Origin: Chiloscyllium plagiosum
Taxonomy: Eukaryota
DNA: 64,000 nucleotides
NCBI RefSeq assembly: GCF_004010195.1
Contig: NC_057719.1
Span: forward strand, 32,966,563 to 33,030,562
Reading direction: 5' to 3'
Under the pieces are notes generated by a model that worked only from the letters and a program-made list of their open reading frames with translations, had not been told where the DNA came from and ran no database searches. The position numbers and the translations under genes are program-made. Positions 39,918-52,449 of this stretch are shown here, in pieces (the stretch's first letter is position 1; every line of letters starts with the position of its first letter).

Positions 39918-41823
39918 CTCAGCCTACCCTCTGCACACTTACTTTCTGTCAGTAGTCTTTCAAAGAAGCCTTGGGACATTTAAACTGTTCACTTACTGAA
40001 GGAGGCATGTCCTGTGTATGAAGTCCCAGCACTGACTTCTGTGGGATGTGCTGCACTGAGTCGGTTCTGGTGGATGCTTCATCAGAAAAGCACATTGAAC
40101 AGAAAAGTAAAAGCAAGGGAATTGTGAACTTTTGTGTTGCCTGGTAAGGGTTAGAAATATGGTTCCTGATCTTAATCAGAAGATCTGCACCATTATAGTT
40201 AATGTACATAGAATCTTGGTTGGATCATATTTGGGATAGTGTGAACAGTGTCCATATTATGAAAATGGTATAGAACCACACAGAAGGTGCAGTAAAGCTT
40301 TCCTAGAATAAGGCCATTTTGTAGCCTAGGTGTGTGAGCAGGCATGTTGTGTGGTGACTGACTCTCTGGCCCTCCAATCAGCTTGTTAAAAGCTGACTGA
40401 CAAGCTGCTCAGCAAATCACAGGCCCAAACATTGACAACCCACATTGCCAGTGCTGCCAATCAGAGAACTTTGGATTTGAAACACAAGGGATCATGTTTG
40501 GAAGTTCAGTCTCCAGAAAATCCAATGACATGAAAGTCAATCATTTTCTGTTGACTCTCACAGGGAGTTGGGGATCCAGGTATTGGAGCCAATGTTGGGA
40601 GTGACCTGACAGACCCCAGATTCATGATATATTGAAATCATGAAAAGCATTTTTCAAAAATTTCTAGCTCATCAATCTATTAATAAATGCAAATAAATTG
40701 AAGAACATTTTTTCAGCATGTTTTGCATTACTCCTATGCTCTTGGGGTTACCATTTTACAGTCACCTCAATCTGAGTTACTTTGGATAATTTTACTGTAA
40801 TTTACTGTCATTCAGACTGAACCAAGATATCAAGATGCGCTCTTTAACACAGTCAATACTGAAAGCCAAAATGTCTAGTCTTAACATCTTCAGAAAAATT
40901 GTGTTGGTGTCATATCTGTGTGCAAATTCAAAAAATCTGGAACTGAAACCAAACGTAGCTCATCAAAGTTTGGTGAAGATAAGTTGAGGGCAAGTTATGA
41001 ATGTCAATGTTATAACAAGATTGCCTGCCTTTATTTTAGCAGTCATTCTATTTTTAACCATAAATTGCCAGGTTTCTCAGGCCTTGGGATACTCAGCAAA
41101 TTAAAAAAGTCAAGAATGATGGACACTATGGGGCAGGTGCCTTTAACAGCAAAACATATGCACCTGGAAGAGCAGGAGTGTTCCTTCTACCTCTAACAAG
41201 TCATTTGGTCCACAAGTGCTCCTCAAGGATCTGTCTAAACTCCCAAAACACCACCAGACACTCATTCTTTTGATGGGGATCTCTTGAATGACTACGAGAC
41301 ACATGCCTTCTAACCCAGCCCCCAGATGAACACTACACTCCACACTCCAGCTCTCCTGCGACCTCCCATAATCCAGAACTCAACTGCAACTTCACACTAT
41401 CCTCTCACCATCTACCATCCACAGATCCACTACAGTGTCTGACCCTCACATTCTCATAATCCCCCATACACCTCCAGCTGCTGAAGGGTTATAGGGTTGA
41501 GAACCAGGTCCTGACAGAGGTCCCATGTGTCAGTCAGGTTGCATGTCAACGAAACCCTGTTGAAAAAGAAGTGTAAAACAGCCCTGCAGTTAGATTCTGC
41601 AGGGCATTTGGAAAACCTGAATCTCCCAGTTTTCCCAACCTCACAACAGCCTCTCCTACAATCCACTCATCACAATCCAGATCCAAATATATCATCTAGC
41701 CTCAACTGGCTACAGTTTGGGTAAATAGAACAGAAAGTAAGCAAAATTGATATATTACCTCAGCGTCATGCAAAAGGCAACTGTAGTAATACCTGCACAA
41801 ACATGACCATATTGTGGAATAAA

Positions 41824-41946
41824 AATAAAGCCAATTGGGATATTACTAAAGCTGACTGAGACAAGTTATCAAACCAATCTTAAGACTCTCAAAAAATTCC
41901 CTAAACAGCTAAAATGTTGATGCTCAGCAAAGTTTGCTCCATGCAT
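41824..41946 (+). repeat. Donor of the 123-bp inverted duplication at 44924-45046
   Basis: Reverse-complement match with no mismatch seen by eye. Confidence 0.95.
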
Positions 41947-43397
41947 TATTCATGTTCCATCTGTGACAGAGAATCTGATTTGACTGTGAGAAATAGTGCA
42001 CAAATCTAAAATAATTTCTTGGCCATTAGTGAAAGCAGAATACTACATTTAAATTCAAACTTTGTCTTAACAACTTACAGAATCATAAAATATTGGAACA
42101 TAGGACAGGGCATTTAATTCATTTAATCTGAAATGGTATTTTTCTTCATTTGAGACATCAAATCTCATGGAACACTTTGTGTATGATTTTTTAAGGAATT
42201 AATTCACTATTAAAACAACTTAAGGGCCTCACTGTATGACAGATGCCCAGTTAATTCATCAATTTCCCTCCTATTACTTTCTAAGACTAGTTATAAGACA
42301 GGCAGAGACCCAGTATATGCTTATAACTGTGAACTGTATCACTTTTATTATAATTTAAATGGAATATTAAACTGAGTAGATATGCATCTGCATTACCTCT
42401 GGTTTTATGGAATTTACATCAAGGACGGTTGTTCAATTCAGTGAGATACTAGCTCTTCCACTCAGGTGACTAATTCCGTTCACTTGTACTTCAAGTGCTT
42501 ATCGAACTGCCTTTTTACTGCTGGAATCTTTGTCTCAGTATCGATTTGTGATCATAATTCCATATTCTCATGACCTTGAGGTGAAAATAGCTTCAAACTT
42601 TCCCCTTCATTTGTCTCTTGATAATTCTCTGGTGACAGATTCACTAATCAATGGAGATGATCTATTATAGTTTATCTTTTCAAACCCTTAATAATTTTGG
42701 AGCCAACATTTGGATAATTGTTTGATCGAAAGGGCCACAGTTAGTTTCCTAAGATATCTTTCTTTATAACTATCAGCTGTAATCTACTTGTGACCTATAA
42801 ATATAATTTCAAATTTAACAAGAGTTGCTTGTTTATATATGTGATCCCACTGTATTTTCTGATACAAAATCCACTTTAAGGCCTTTCACTACTTATGCTC
42901 CTATCTTTAAAGTTCTACATAGGTCTCTCAGCAACTCCACACTTAAACTTGTCATTAGGAAAGTACTTTGTTATTATTTCTTCCTGCAGCATTAGCTCCA
43001 TTTTTTCCATACCCATTTCCTGACTCAATTTCTTCACATAATAACCAAATATATTATTACTCACTGTTTAGAATAGCAACTAAACTGATACTACCAATAA
43101 CTTTTCCACCAATCCTGTTGTACTTTATGCCAAATTATTGATGCAAATGGAACCCAAAAATAGCTCAGATTCCTGGGATCCATCACTAACCACATAAAAT
43201 AAAAAAAATCTATTTCCCTATTTTCTTTACTTGTACCACATCTTCTTACTAGTTGTGTGGCTCTATTTTTCTTAAAAAGTGTCGTGTGTAATATTGGCGA
43301 TTTACCCTAAGGGAAGCTCTCTGCTCATTTCTACATTCTTCATGATCTTGTGTTTTCCTCTGATAATACTCATAAGAGTTGACCATTTTTAATCTCA

Positions 43398-43669
43398 GCT
43401 GAAAATGTGTTGCTGGAAAAGCGCAGCAGGTCAGGCAGGAGTCCAAAGACCTGCGTCTGACGATGGAGGAGTCCAAAGACCTGCGTCTGACGATGGAGGA
43501 GTCCAAAGACCTGCGTCTGACGATGGAGGAGTCCAAAGACCTGCGTCTGTTCCTCCAACCGTCGTTTTGTTGTGGTCTGACGATGGAGGAGTCCAAAGAC
43601 CTGCGTCTGACGATGGAGGAGTCCAAAGACCTGCGTCTGACGATGGAGGAGTCCAAAGACCTGCATCTG
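43398..43669 (-). mobile_element. Penelope-like insertion made of a terminal-repeat end plus a 30-bp minisatellite of GIY-YIG endonuclease-coding sequence; 14-bp TSD
   Basis: CATTTTTAATCTCA at 43384-43397 and 43670-43683; unit GAGTCCAAAGACCTGCGTCTGACGATGGAG; minus translation MQVFGLLHRQ..TTTKRRLEE. Confidence 0.88.
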
Positions 43670-44512
43670 CATTTTTAATCTCAATTTGACTAACGTTACC
43701 ATTCTCTTCCATTCACTTGGTCCAGATCTCTCTTTTCTTCCTTCAATCACTTCCTTCATGTCTGATAATATGGGCAATCCAACGTTGTTGACTTTTCTTG
43801 ATATTCACTAATGATGTGTCTTCCTTTGCCATTCTAAGAACCTTATGTTGCTCTTATGTCCTTTCCAAGTGACTTGTTTCATTCTGCTCCACAATCACAT
43901 TTCATAACTTTCTATTCTTTAGATATCTCAAGGTACATGTTTCAGCCCAGATGAGGAAATACTCCAATCATAGCCTTGATTTTTTTTTTGTAAAATCTCT
44001 ATGCATTCCAATACCTAAGAATGCATTGTTTGCCTCTTGTCTCTTGCATAGCAGCTTGTTAAAAATCTCAAGAAAATCCACATCTACAACAATTATTCTA
44101 TTATCTACACACTCTTTCATTTCTCTAAAAGATTTCAATTAAATCAGACAAATTCTCCTCTGGCATTCATGTTGACAATCTCCATCTAGCCCAGACCTTC
44201 ACTAGTTTCAATCCATATTATGAACTGCAGGACTCTGAACTAGAAGATATAATGCGGCAGAAGGGGAATGAAGGGTGCTGGACAAGCAGTCAGGAGAGGG
44301 GGGACGAGAGATGTAGAGGGATTAAAGGGGGAGGGGCCAGACTGCAATCAGGAGGAAGGAAGAATAAATTCACATCCACACACCAAGCTTGAGAAACCCA
44401 ACCTGCAGACATTAAATTTAAATCAGACTCTCTTCTATACTGTGATTCTCTGACTTAAATATTATGATGATGCTCTTGGTTTGTTAAGGGGAATGACAGG
44501 TGTGGAATAAAG

Positions 44513-44745
44513 CTGAAAATGTGTTGCTGGAAAAGCGCAGCAGGTCAGGCAGCATCCAGGGAACAGGAGAATTGATGTTTCGGGCATAAACCCTTCTTCA
44601 GGAATGAGCCTCATTCCTGAAGAAGGGCTTATGCCCAAAACATCAATTCTCCTGTTCCCTGGATGCTGCCTGACCTGCTGCGCTTTTCCAGCAACACATT
44701 TTCAGCTCTGATCTCCAGCATCTGCAGACCTCACTTTCTCCTCAA
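44513..44745. mobile_element. Penelope-like fold-back insertion with ~98-bp inverted arms and 15-bp TSD
   Basis: Arms 44511-44608 and 44610-44707; AGGTGTGGAATAAAG at 44498-44512 and 44746-44760; CTGAAGA..GAAA core on the minus strand, GAAA->AAAA on the plus strand. Confidence 0.9.
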
Positions 44746-45046
44746 AGGTGTGGAATAAAGTCTGTTAAGATAAAAATGTGTGCAAGTAGATTAGCAATTG
44801 TTTGAGATCTGGAGGAAGAACACAACATTTTTAACATTCTTTCTCCACACACTCTCCTGTCCATTGTGAGGTCTATGTTCTATATACTATGTACTATGTT
44901 CTATGCACTATGTACTATGGTCTATGCATGGAGCAAACTTTGCTGAGCATCAACATTTTAGCTGTTTAGGGAATTTTTTGAGAGTCTTAAGATTGGTTTG
45001 ATAACTTGTCTCAGTCAGCTTTAGTAATATCCCAATTGGCTTTATT

Positions 45047-45527
45047 CTTTAGGAGAGATGTGGAAGCTTTGGAGAGGGTGCAGAGAAGATTTACCAGGAT
45101 GTTGGCTGGAATGGAGAATAGGTCGTACGAGGATAGGTTGAGAGTGCTAGACTTTTTCTCGTTGGAACGGCGAAGGATGAGGGGTGACTTGATAGAGGTT
45201 TATGAGATGATCAGAGGAATAGATTGAGTCGACAGTCAGAAACTTTTTCTTCGGGTGCAACAGAGTGTTACAATTGGACATAAATTTAAGGTGAAGGGTG
45301 GAAGGTATAGGGGAGATGTCAGGGGTGGGTTCTTTACCCAGAGAGTGGTGGGGGCATGGAATGCGCTGCCTGTGGGAGTGGTAGAGTCAGAATCTTTGGT
45401 GACCTTTAAGCGGCAATTGGATAGGTACATGGATAGGTGCTTAAGCTAGGACAAATGTTCGGCACAACATCGTGGGCCGAAGGGCCTGTTCTGTGCTGTA
45501 TTGTTCTATGTTCTATCTATGTTCTAT
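45047..45527 (+). mobile_element. Young 5'-truncated CR1 with (TTCTATG)n tail and a complex 5' junction
   Basis: RRDVEALERVQRRFTRML..Y.DRL..L..FSLERRR.RGDLIEVY; FFTQRVVGAWNALP. Confidence 0.93.
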
Positions 45528-46204
45528 AAATGTCTATGCACAAAAGTGGTAAGAACAATTAATCAATGATTTACTGTTCTTCCCCTCTATGTAAAGGCTG
45601 GAACATTCATTAGTGTATTTTGAGATAACTTAATCTTAGCCAAATCTTTGGAATGTGCTTCTCCATATTAACACCTCAGCCAGAGCAGACTGAACAACCA
45701 ATCAATCCTCCAGTGCTATAAATAGCTGGTCCTCTTGAAATTTGGTATTCTTGCACCTGACCTGAGCAAGGTAATACAAAGCTTTTTTTTTCCCACCAGT
45801 ACTCAAAGCCTAATATTGTTACTGTCCCTTCCACCTTTCTGTTCTGAATTCATGAATCTGTGCTTCATTCGTCTTCTGAATTTTAATTCAATTTCTTAAA
45901 AATACAATTGTGATTGAATGTTTCTCCTAGATTCTCTGTAGATCTCATTGTTAAAGTGTCCATCCTTCCCTCAGTCCTAAGTATGGGATGCATCTGCTTA
46001 TCTCTGACAGGTTCCAACTCTTCTTTCACTGTATTCTACTTCAGTACTAATAAAGTGTTCTTGTCCTGATTCAATCACCTAGAACCAGATTCAATGTGAC
46101 GTCTATCCTTGATGGATCTGTGCTCATCAGGAAACTAATTTTGGACGCATTGTAAGAATCCTTCTCCATTTTTCAAACTTTTGCCTTATTGCAATATTTA
46201 GATG

Positions 46205-46345
46205 TTGAAGTGTTCAGGCAGGGAATGGACGGATATGGGCCATGTGCAGGCAGATGGGATTAGTTTAAAATGGCATTGTGGTTAGTGCAGACATGGTGAG
46301 CTGAAGGGCCTGTTGCTGTACTGTACTGTTCTCTGTTCTATGTTT
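46205..46345 (+). mobile_element. CR1 3' UTR tail
   Basis: ggatatgggcc..gcaggcagatgggattag..gctgaagggcctgtt..tgttctatg. Confidence 0.75.
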
Positions 46346-46349
46346 GAAT

Positions 46350-47400
46350 TGCAACAATTCATATTTGTACAGTGCCTTTAACATAATAAAACAATCAAAA
46401 AGACTTTATGGAAGCACCCAAAGCAAGAAAGACTGACACTGAGACACATAAGGAAATGTGAGGTCAATCACCAAATGTTTGGTCAAAGCTTTAGATTCTA
46501 ATGAGGAAAACACAGTAGAGAGAAAAGAGCACCAATACCTCTGAGGTTTCTGGGGCTGAAGGACTGTGCATATATAGGGAGGGATATGGTAACAAAGGGA
46601 TTTGAAAACAATTTTGAAAATGTTAAATCCCAGATGCTGTTTGACTGGGAGCCAATGTTGGTCAGTCATGTTGGATGAACAGAACCTGCTGGAAATTGCG
46701 ACATAGACAGCAGAGTTTTGGAAGGCCTCACATTTAAGGAAGGTACAATATGGGAGTCCAGCCAAATGTGTGCTAGAGTGGTCATGTCTAAAGATAGCAA
46801 ACATTTATATGAAGGTTCCAGGAGTTGATGAGCTCAGGGAGACTGAAGCCAGGTAATGTTTGATGTGCAGAATCCCAGCTCATCCTGGGATCAAATGTTA
46901 TATCAAGGTTACAAACAGACTGGTGAAGTCTCAGTCCAATTGTCCACACTGACACCAATGAACAGTTTGAAGCTGAGACAATTTCTTCATTCCTGTAATT
47001 GAAGGAAATCTTTGCACACCTGGGTATTGGAAAAACAATCTGATTATTTATTGACAGTAGAAGTGATGTGAAGCTGGTGGTGAAGGAGAACTGGGTGTCA
47101 TGAGAATACAAGTGAAAACTGATGCTGTGCTTTCAGATGTTGTCACCGAGTGGCAGCATGTACATGAGGAATAGAAGATCCTGGATACATTGTTGGAAGA
47201 TTAGTTACTGGAAGTGAAACTTTGGATAAAATTATGTAGATAGGAGTGAAACCAAGTGAGAGCAGTGGCACTCAGTTGGATAATAGTGGAAAGACATTGG
47301 AGAAAGATTGTGTGGCTAACCGTATCAAAGGCTGCAGACAGATTGAGGAAGATGAGGAAGGAAAATTTACTCTTGTCACCGACACAAAGGATGTGATTTG
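46350..47400 (-). mobile_element. Old L2-like LINE remnant with 3' end
   Basis: Minus ORFs contain HWLPVKQ..F.I..IVFKSL and LDITFDP.MS (L2 RT C-terminal motifs); 3' end aaaggcactgtacaaat. Confidence 0.7.
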
Positions 47401-47689
47401 CAACTCCCTTCTCTGTGCAAACCTCTCTGAATCACCAATCAATATTATCCTTGAAAATGCTCTTCATAATTTCCTCAAAGGGCAGCTGTTTTTTAGATAT
47501 TGGATTTGTTGCCCTGTTCTGCACTGTCTTTATTTGCTGCACAATCATTTCCTTTTCTTCACTCGTGGGACATATATGTCACTGGCTGGATCATCAATTG
47601 GTCGAGATGTCCTTGAGAAGGTAGTGGTGAGCTGCCTTCATGAACCACTGCATGAGGGAGTGCAATAATCAAGGCAATATACATTACTT

Positions 47690-48135
47690 TAGCTGTGGCC
47701 ACTTTAGTATCTTGCAGAGTCACATCTCACCTGAGATGGTAACATATGTGTCACCGAGTCAGAAGATTATAGTTTCAAGCCCATTTCAGAGAATTGAACA
47801 CAAAGTCAAGATTTACAATGCATCAATGACAGTGTTGCAAAGTTATCTGTGTTGCTTTTTGGATCACATATTAAACCAAGTCCTCATAACAATGTAAAAG
47901 ATTCCACCGTACTCTTTTAAAATAAAAAACAGCCAGGTTTTCTTCAGTATGTTAGCCAATATAATATCCCTCAGCTAAATGTATGGTCATTATTATTTTG
48001 TTTTTTTGTAGGAGCAAATTGCACATAAATTGGCTGCTGTGTTTCATATTAACCACACTTCACAAAGTTTGTAGCTGACAGTACAGCCGTTTGGGCCATC
48101 CTTAGGTTGGGAAAAGTGGTTTTAAATGCAATGTC
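47690..48135 (+). mobile_element. Deu-domain SINE (SacSINE1/AmnSINE-like) remnant
   Basis: gagtcagaag..tcaagccc..atgtaaaagattcc..gccaatat..atccctca..ggtcatt..aaattggctgc..gtttc..tttggg..aaatgcaa follows the DeuSINE layout as recalled. Confidence 0.6.
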
Positions 48136-48233
48136 TTTTTTAAAAAACATATGAATTCTATGCACTTGGCTAGACATCACACAATCCGGGTTGTTTTATT
48201 TGTTTATTAGTTTTAACCAAACGTACTTAGCAC

Positions 48234-48416
48234 TGAGAGTGTGGCACTGGAAAAGCACAGCAGGTCAGGCAGCTTCCGAGGAAAGGGAGAATTGACATTT
48301 TGGGCATAAGCCATTCATCAGGAATGACTCCTTAGATGCTGCCTGACCTGCTGTGCTTTTCCAACATCACACTCTCGACTCTGATCCCCAGCATCTGCAG
48401 TCCTCACTTTCTCCAG
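48234..48416. mobile_element. Penelope-like fold-back insertion with 11-bp TSD
   Basis: GTACTTAGCAC at 48223-48233 and 48417-48427; antisense then sense terminal repeat. Confidence 0.85.
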
Positions 48417-48916
48417 GTACTTAGCACCACAAGGGAATTAAAAAAGAAAACTGCTCTGAATGTTTAAGTCTTTTGATTAAACAGCTTGCTCCTCAAATTT
48501 TCTTTTAAGCCTTCTGGAAAGGTTATAGATAAGAATACACAATTTTGATTCTTGCCCTGCCTGAACTGAACTTGCTATTAAGGCTATCATATCATGATCT
48601 TCCATTTAAATTTGCAGCATTAGTTCCCTAACTTTACTTCTAATGCTTCGCACATTTATACAAAGTCAAGCATATTAATATCAGGCAGTATCTTTTCCTT
48701 TTTAATGTTTTCCAATTATTTCTTCTTTGTCTTCCTTCTCCTACATCCAAAAAGTCACTGTATTCGGAACACTTAACCATAAGATCTTGAGAGACATGAC
48801 ATAAATGCAAACCTTCCTTTTTGGGACCTTTTTGAAGTTGGGAAATGTGCTGTGAAAATATAGATTACTAAGTAAATTGTCAACGTCAGCCAAAATCTAT
48901 CAGTTAAATCAGTTGG

Positions 48917-49325
48917 GGGTGGCATGGTGGCTCACTGGGGCAGCACGGTGGCTCAGTGGAGCGGCACGGTGGCTCAGTGGGGCGGCATGGTGGCTCAGTG
49001 GGGCAGCACGGTGGCTCAGTTGGGGCGGCATGGTGGATTAGTGATTAGCACTGCTGCCTCACAGTGCTAGGGACTCAGGTTCAATTCCAGCCTCGGGCAA
49101 CTGTCGGTGTGGAATTTGCACATTCTCTACATGTCTGCGTGGGTTTTTTCTGTGTGCTCCGGTTTCCTTCCACAGTCCAAAGATGTGCAGGCCAGGTGAA
49201 TTGGCCAAGCTAAATTACCAGTGTTAGGTGAATTAGTCAGAGGCAAATGGGTCTGGGTGGGTTACTTTTCGAAGGATCAGTGTGGACTTGCTGGGCTGTT
49301 TCCACACTGTAGGGAATCTAATCTA
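48917..49325 (+). mobile_element. HE1-like V-SINE with six tandem copies of its 21-nt 5' end
   Basis: GGGCGGCAYGGTGGCTCAGTG units at 48917-49043; B box GGTTCAATTCC; V-domain; (AATCT)n tail. Confidence 0.92.
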
Positions 49326-49639
49326 AATCAACAGCCACACAAACTCATTCTGTTATAAGTAAAAATAGCCAAATTCATAACCTATCCACTATCTAAAATA
49401 GTCTCCATGATTTTGTCACAGTTTAATAATGTTCTCTTTACAGGCTTCACTATGGAACACTCAAATTTCAATCTACCTATCATTAACATTTTCAGTCTGT
49501 TTTTATGTTGTACCCTTCCCTGTTCCACTGATGTCGCTAATACTGCTCCATGGAAGTGGAAAGCTGAATCATTTCCAATCCCGCTCTGAGACACTTGTAA
49601 CGAGCTATTAGGAAGGCTGACCCAATGATAACTCTTCAC

Positions 49640-49948
49640 ATTAGATTAGATTACTTACAGTACGGAAACAGGCCCTTCGGCCCAACAAGTCTGCACCGAC
49701 CCTCCGAACAGCAACCCACCCAGACACATTCCCCTACCTTTACCCCTTCACCTAACACTTACGGGCAATTTAGTATGGTCAATTCACCTAACCTGCATAT
49801 TTTTGGACTGTGGGAGGAAACCGGAGCACCCGGAGGAAACAGGGAGAATGTGCAAACTCCACACAGACAGTTGCCTGAGGCGGGAATTGAACCCGGGTCT
49901 CTGGCATTGTGAGGCAGCAGTGCTAACCACTGTGCCACCGTGCCACCC
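49640..49948 (-). mobile_element. HE1-like V-SINE
   Basis: Closely similar to 24950-25262. Confidence 0.92.
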
Positions 49949-51460
49949 TCTTTGCTTCACCTCCCTGCACCAGTTACCATGGCACCTACTCAGTCCTTTC
50001 CTCAGGTGCTGCAGCAGCGAATAGGAACTGCATCAAGTGCAGGGGGGAGGTGGATTACAAGCCTAAGTCTCATCACTTCACAATGTTTGTGTTCTAGCCT
50101 GCTGCTGCTGCAACTCAATGAAGTTGTTCAGCAGACATCTGAAGGACAAGCCACACAGACGAGATTATAATTCTGTCCATGGTCCACAATTTTGAATGCT
50201 GTGAGGAGTTTGAGAATTCTAGGGTTCAGTACAATTATAATCAGAACTGTCCAGTTACAACAATGGTTTAGTCTGCTGATCACACACAAACTGCCATTTG
50301 TGAAGGACCCCTTGTCAGAAGTGACTGATTAAAGAGCCCATTCTTCATTACAATCAGCTCAGTGAATAAAGTCCAGTTTACCTACTAGCTAATTTAAAGT
50401 ACAGAACAAGTGACCTCTTAGTCAAGCACACTGAATTACTGAGTGTCAGCACAGTAGCCAATGTGCACAGTGTTAACATTCAATACATGGTATTGAACTA
50501 AGAACAGATAAGCATTGTGTCCTGTGAGGAAAAGCAGCACCACAGCCAAAGGAAAGCGGCTTTAGTAGAATCTGACGTATATTATAATTTGACGTTGCTT
50601 TCATACTGCACTTTTGGCATCATTGCAGCATGCTCTTGGGCACTGCATAAATGACAAAAACACAGCTCAAATCACACAAACATACATTGCAGCAATGTTA
50701 CTGGGACCATCTGGGAAAGGTGTAAGCAGGTGGGGGGAGGTGGACACAGCAGATTACTTTAACTTTAATATAGAACCATCTCTCGGTCTGTATTATAGTG
50801 AATTAATAATGATTCAACAGATTCTGGTCATGCACACTTGTGCAGAGCTGTTAAAGGATTAAAAGAGCAGTTACACTGTAAATCTTGGAATTTCCTCTTC
50901 AACACTCCTGAATACACTGAAACAGCGTGCCAAGAAATTTCACAATGTAGCCCCTTTTCAGTGGTTGAAAAATCACAACTGAGAATGGGAAATCACTTGG
51001 TATTCACGTTGTGGGATATTGAGGCAAAACATCCAGACCAGATTTTTTTTTAAAAATCACTGTCACATCAGCCTTTCACCGTTAGCCAAACCATTTCTCC
51101 CTTTTTGCTGTTGCACTCGTAGTCTACGTCTACATCATACAGATGCTCTTCACTAACAGCCTTTTGGGTGTTCTCTCCTCCTCAACCCTTCAATGTCACC
51201 AGTTATTCCCTCAAACAACACAATGCCAGCTGGAGAACCAAGTAAGAGCCTTGCATTATTTCAGAAAGCACAGCCAAAGTAAATGCCAATTAAATTCCGA
51301 ACTGGGCACAGACAGACAGCTGAGGAAAAAGGAACTCAGATGGGGGCGGGGAGGGGGTGTTAAATCCCAATGTCTGAAACCTCACAAACATTGGAGGGAA
51401 GTGGTGGTAATGCGCACATCAGTCATGGGAGGGTTTGTGAATGAGGTGTGGTACAAGGGT

Positions 51461-51629
51461 TGGAAAAGCATAGTCGGTTAGGTATCATCCAAGGGTCAGG
51501 AGAGTCAAAGTTCCTGGCATAAGCCCTTCATCAGAAATGACTCCTCAGATGCTGCCTGACCTGCTGTGCTTTTCCAGCACCACACTCCTGACTCTCATCT
51601 CCAGCATCTGCAGTCCTCACTTTCTTCTA
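51461..51629. mobile_element. Penelope-like fold-back insertion with 13-bp TSD
   Basis: GTGGTACAAGGGT at 51448-51460 and 51630-51642; same architecture as 48234-48416. Confidence 0.83.
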
Positions 51630-52449
51630 GTGGTACAAGGGTAGTCCTCAAGGAGAGGTCACTTTCAGCTGGATCCCTTTCCTGATGTTGGACTCATCAA
51701 TCAGTCACTGAGTGTCTCTGAACTGGGGAACCCTCAATTGGGAACCTGCAAATGGTCCTGACAAAGTAAGTTCCACAGGCTTTCACCTGGCCAATTTTGC
51801 ACTGCCACGCGGCTCCTGGGTGGACCTTCATGGCTCATTTACAGGCTTTTATTGTAGGTAGGCTGGCAGTGAACCATATCACCATTGACTTAACCTGGGC
51901 AGAGGCTGGAAGGGGTCCCACCACTCCCACCCCCCTACCCCCCAGCATTAAACTCACCACAGGAAGGCATTAAGTTCCGCCCTAAGTCCTATACTTCCAG
52001 AACACTCTTCTTTTAAACTGCACAGACTCTCTTTGCTCTAATATGTTGATTTCAAAATTCTCACAATTAATCGTGATTTTTTCAATGATTTCAGCTCTAC
52101 CCTAACGACATAAACATTTCCTAATTTAGACTTCCAATAAGTCATCAGATTTTTGGATTCTTTTTAACCCTCTATTCCAACATCCCCAGCAACTCATTCA
52201 CCGGGATCCTGCTCTTTGAAAGTCTATTTCCCATCTCCCTGACTTTTGAAGCCTCTTCCTTGCTTGTACTTTAGCTTCTAGATACATTCAGTATCCATGC
52301 TCCAGACAGTATCCTGTGAAATGCACTGAAATATCAATGTATAGATGAGGAGCAATATAAAAATATTTAATATGAAGTTTGCAAGACTGATTGCAGTTTC
52401 ACAGTGTCACATTTTGGTGATTACTAAAGTCCTGATTTTTTTTTTAGGT

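Noticed and set aside
43249-43777. Repeat-protein ORFs in several frames
   Set aside because: A stop-free 30-bp unit opens multiple frames; the sequence is a TSD-flanked PLE insertion, not a host gene.
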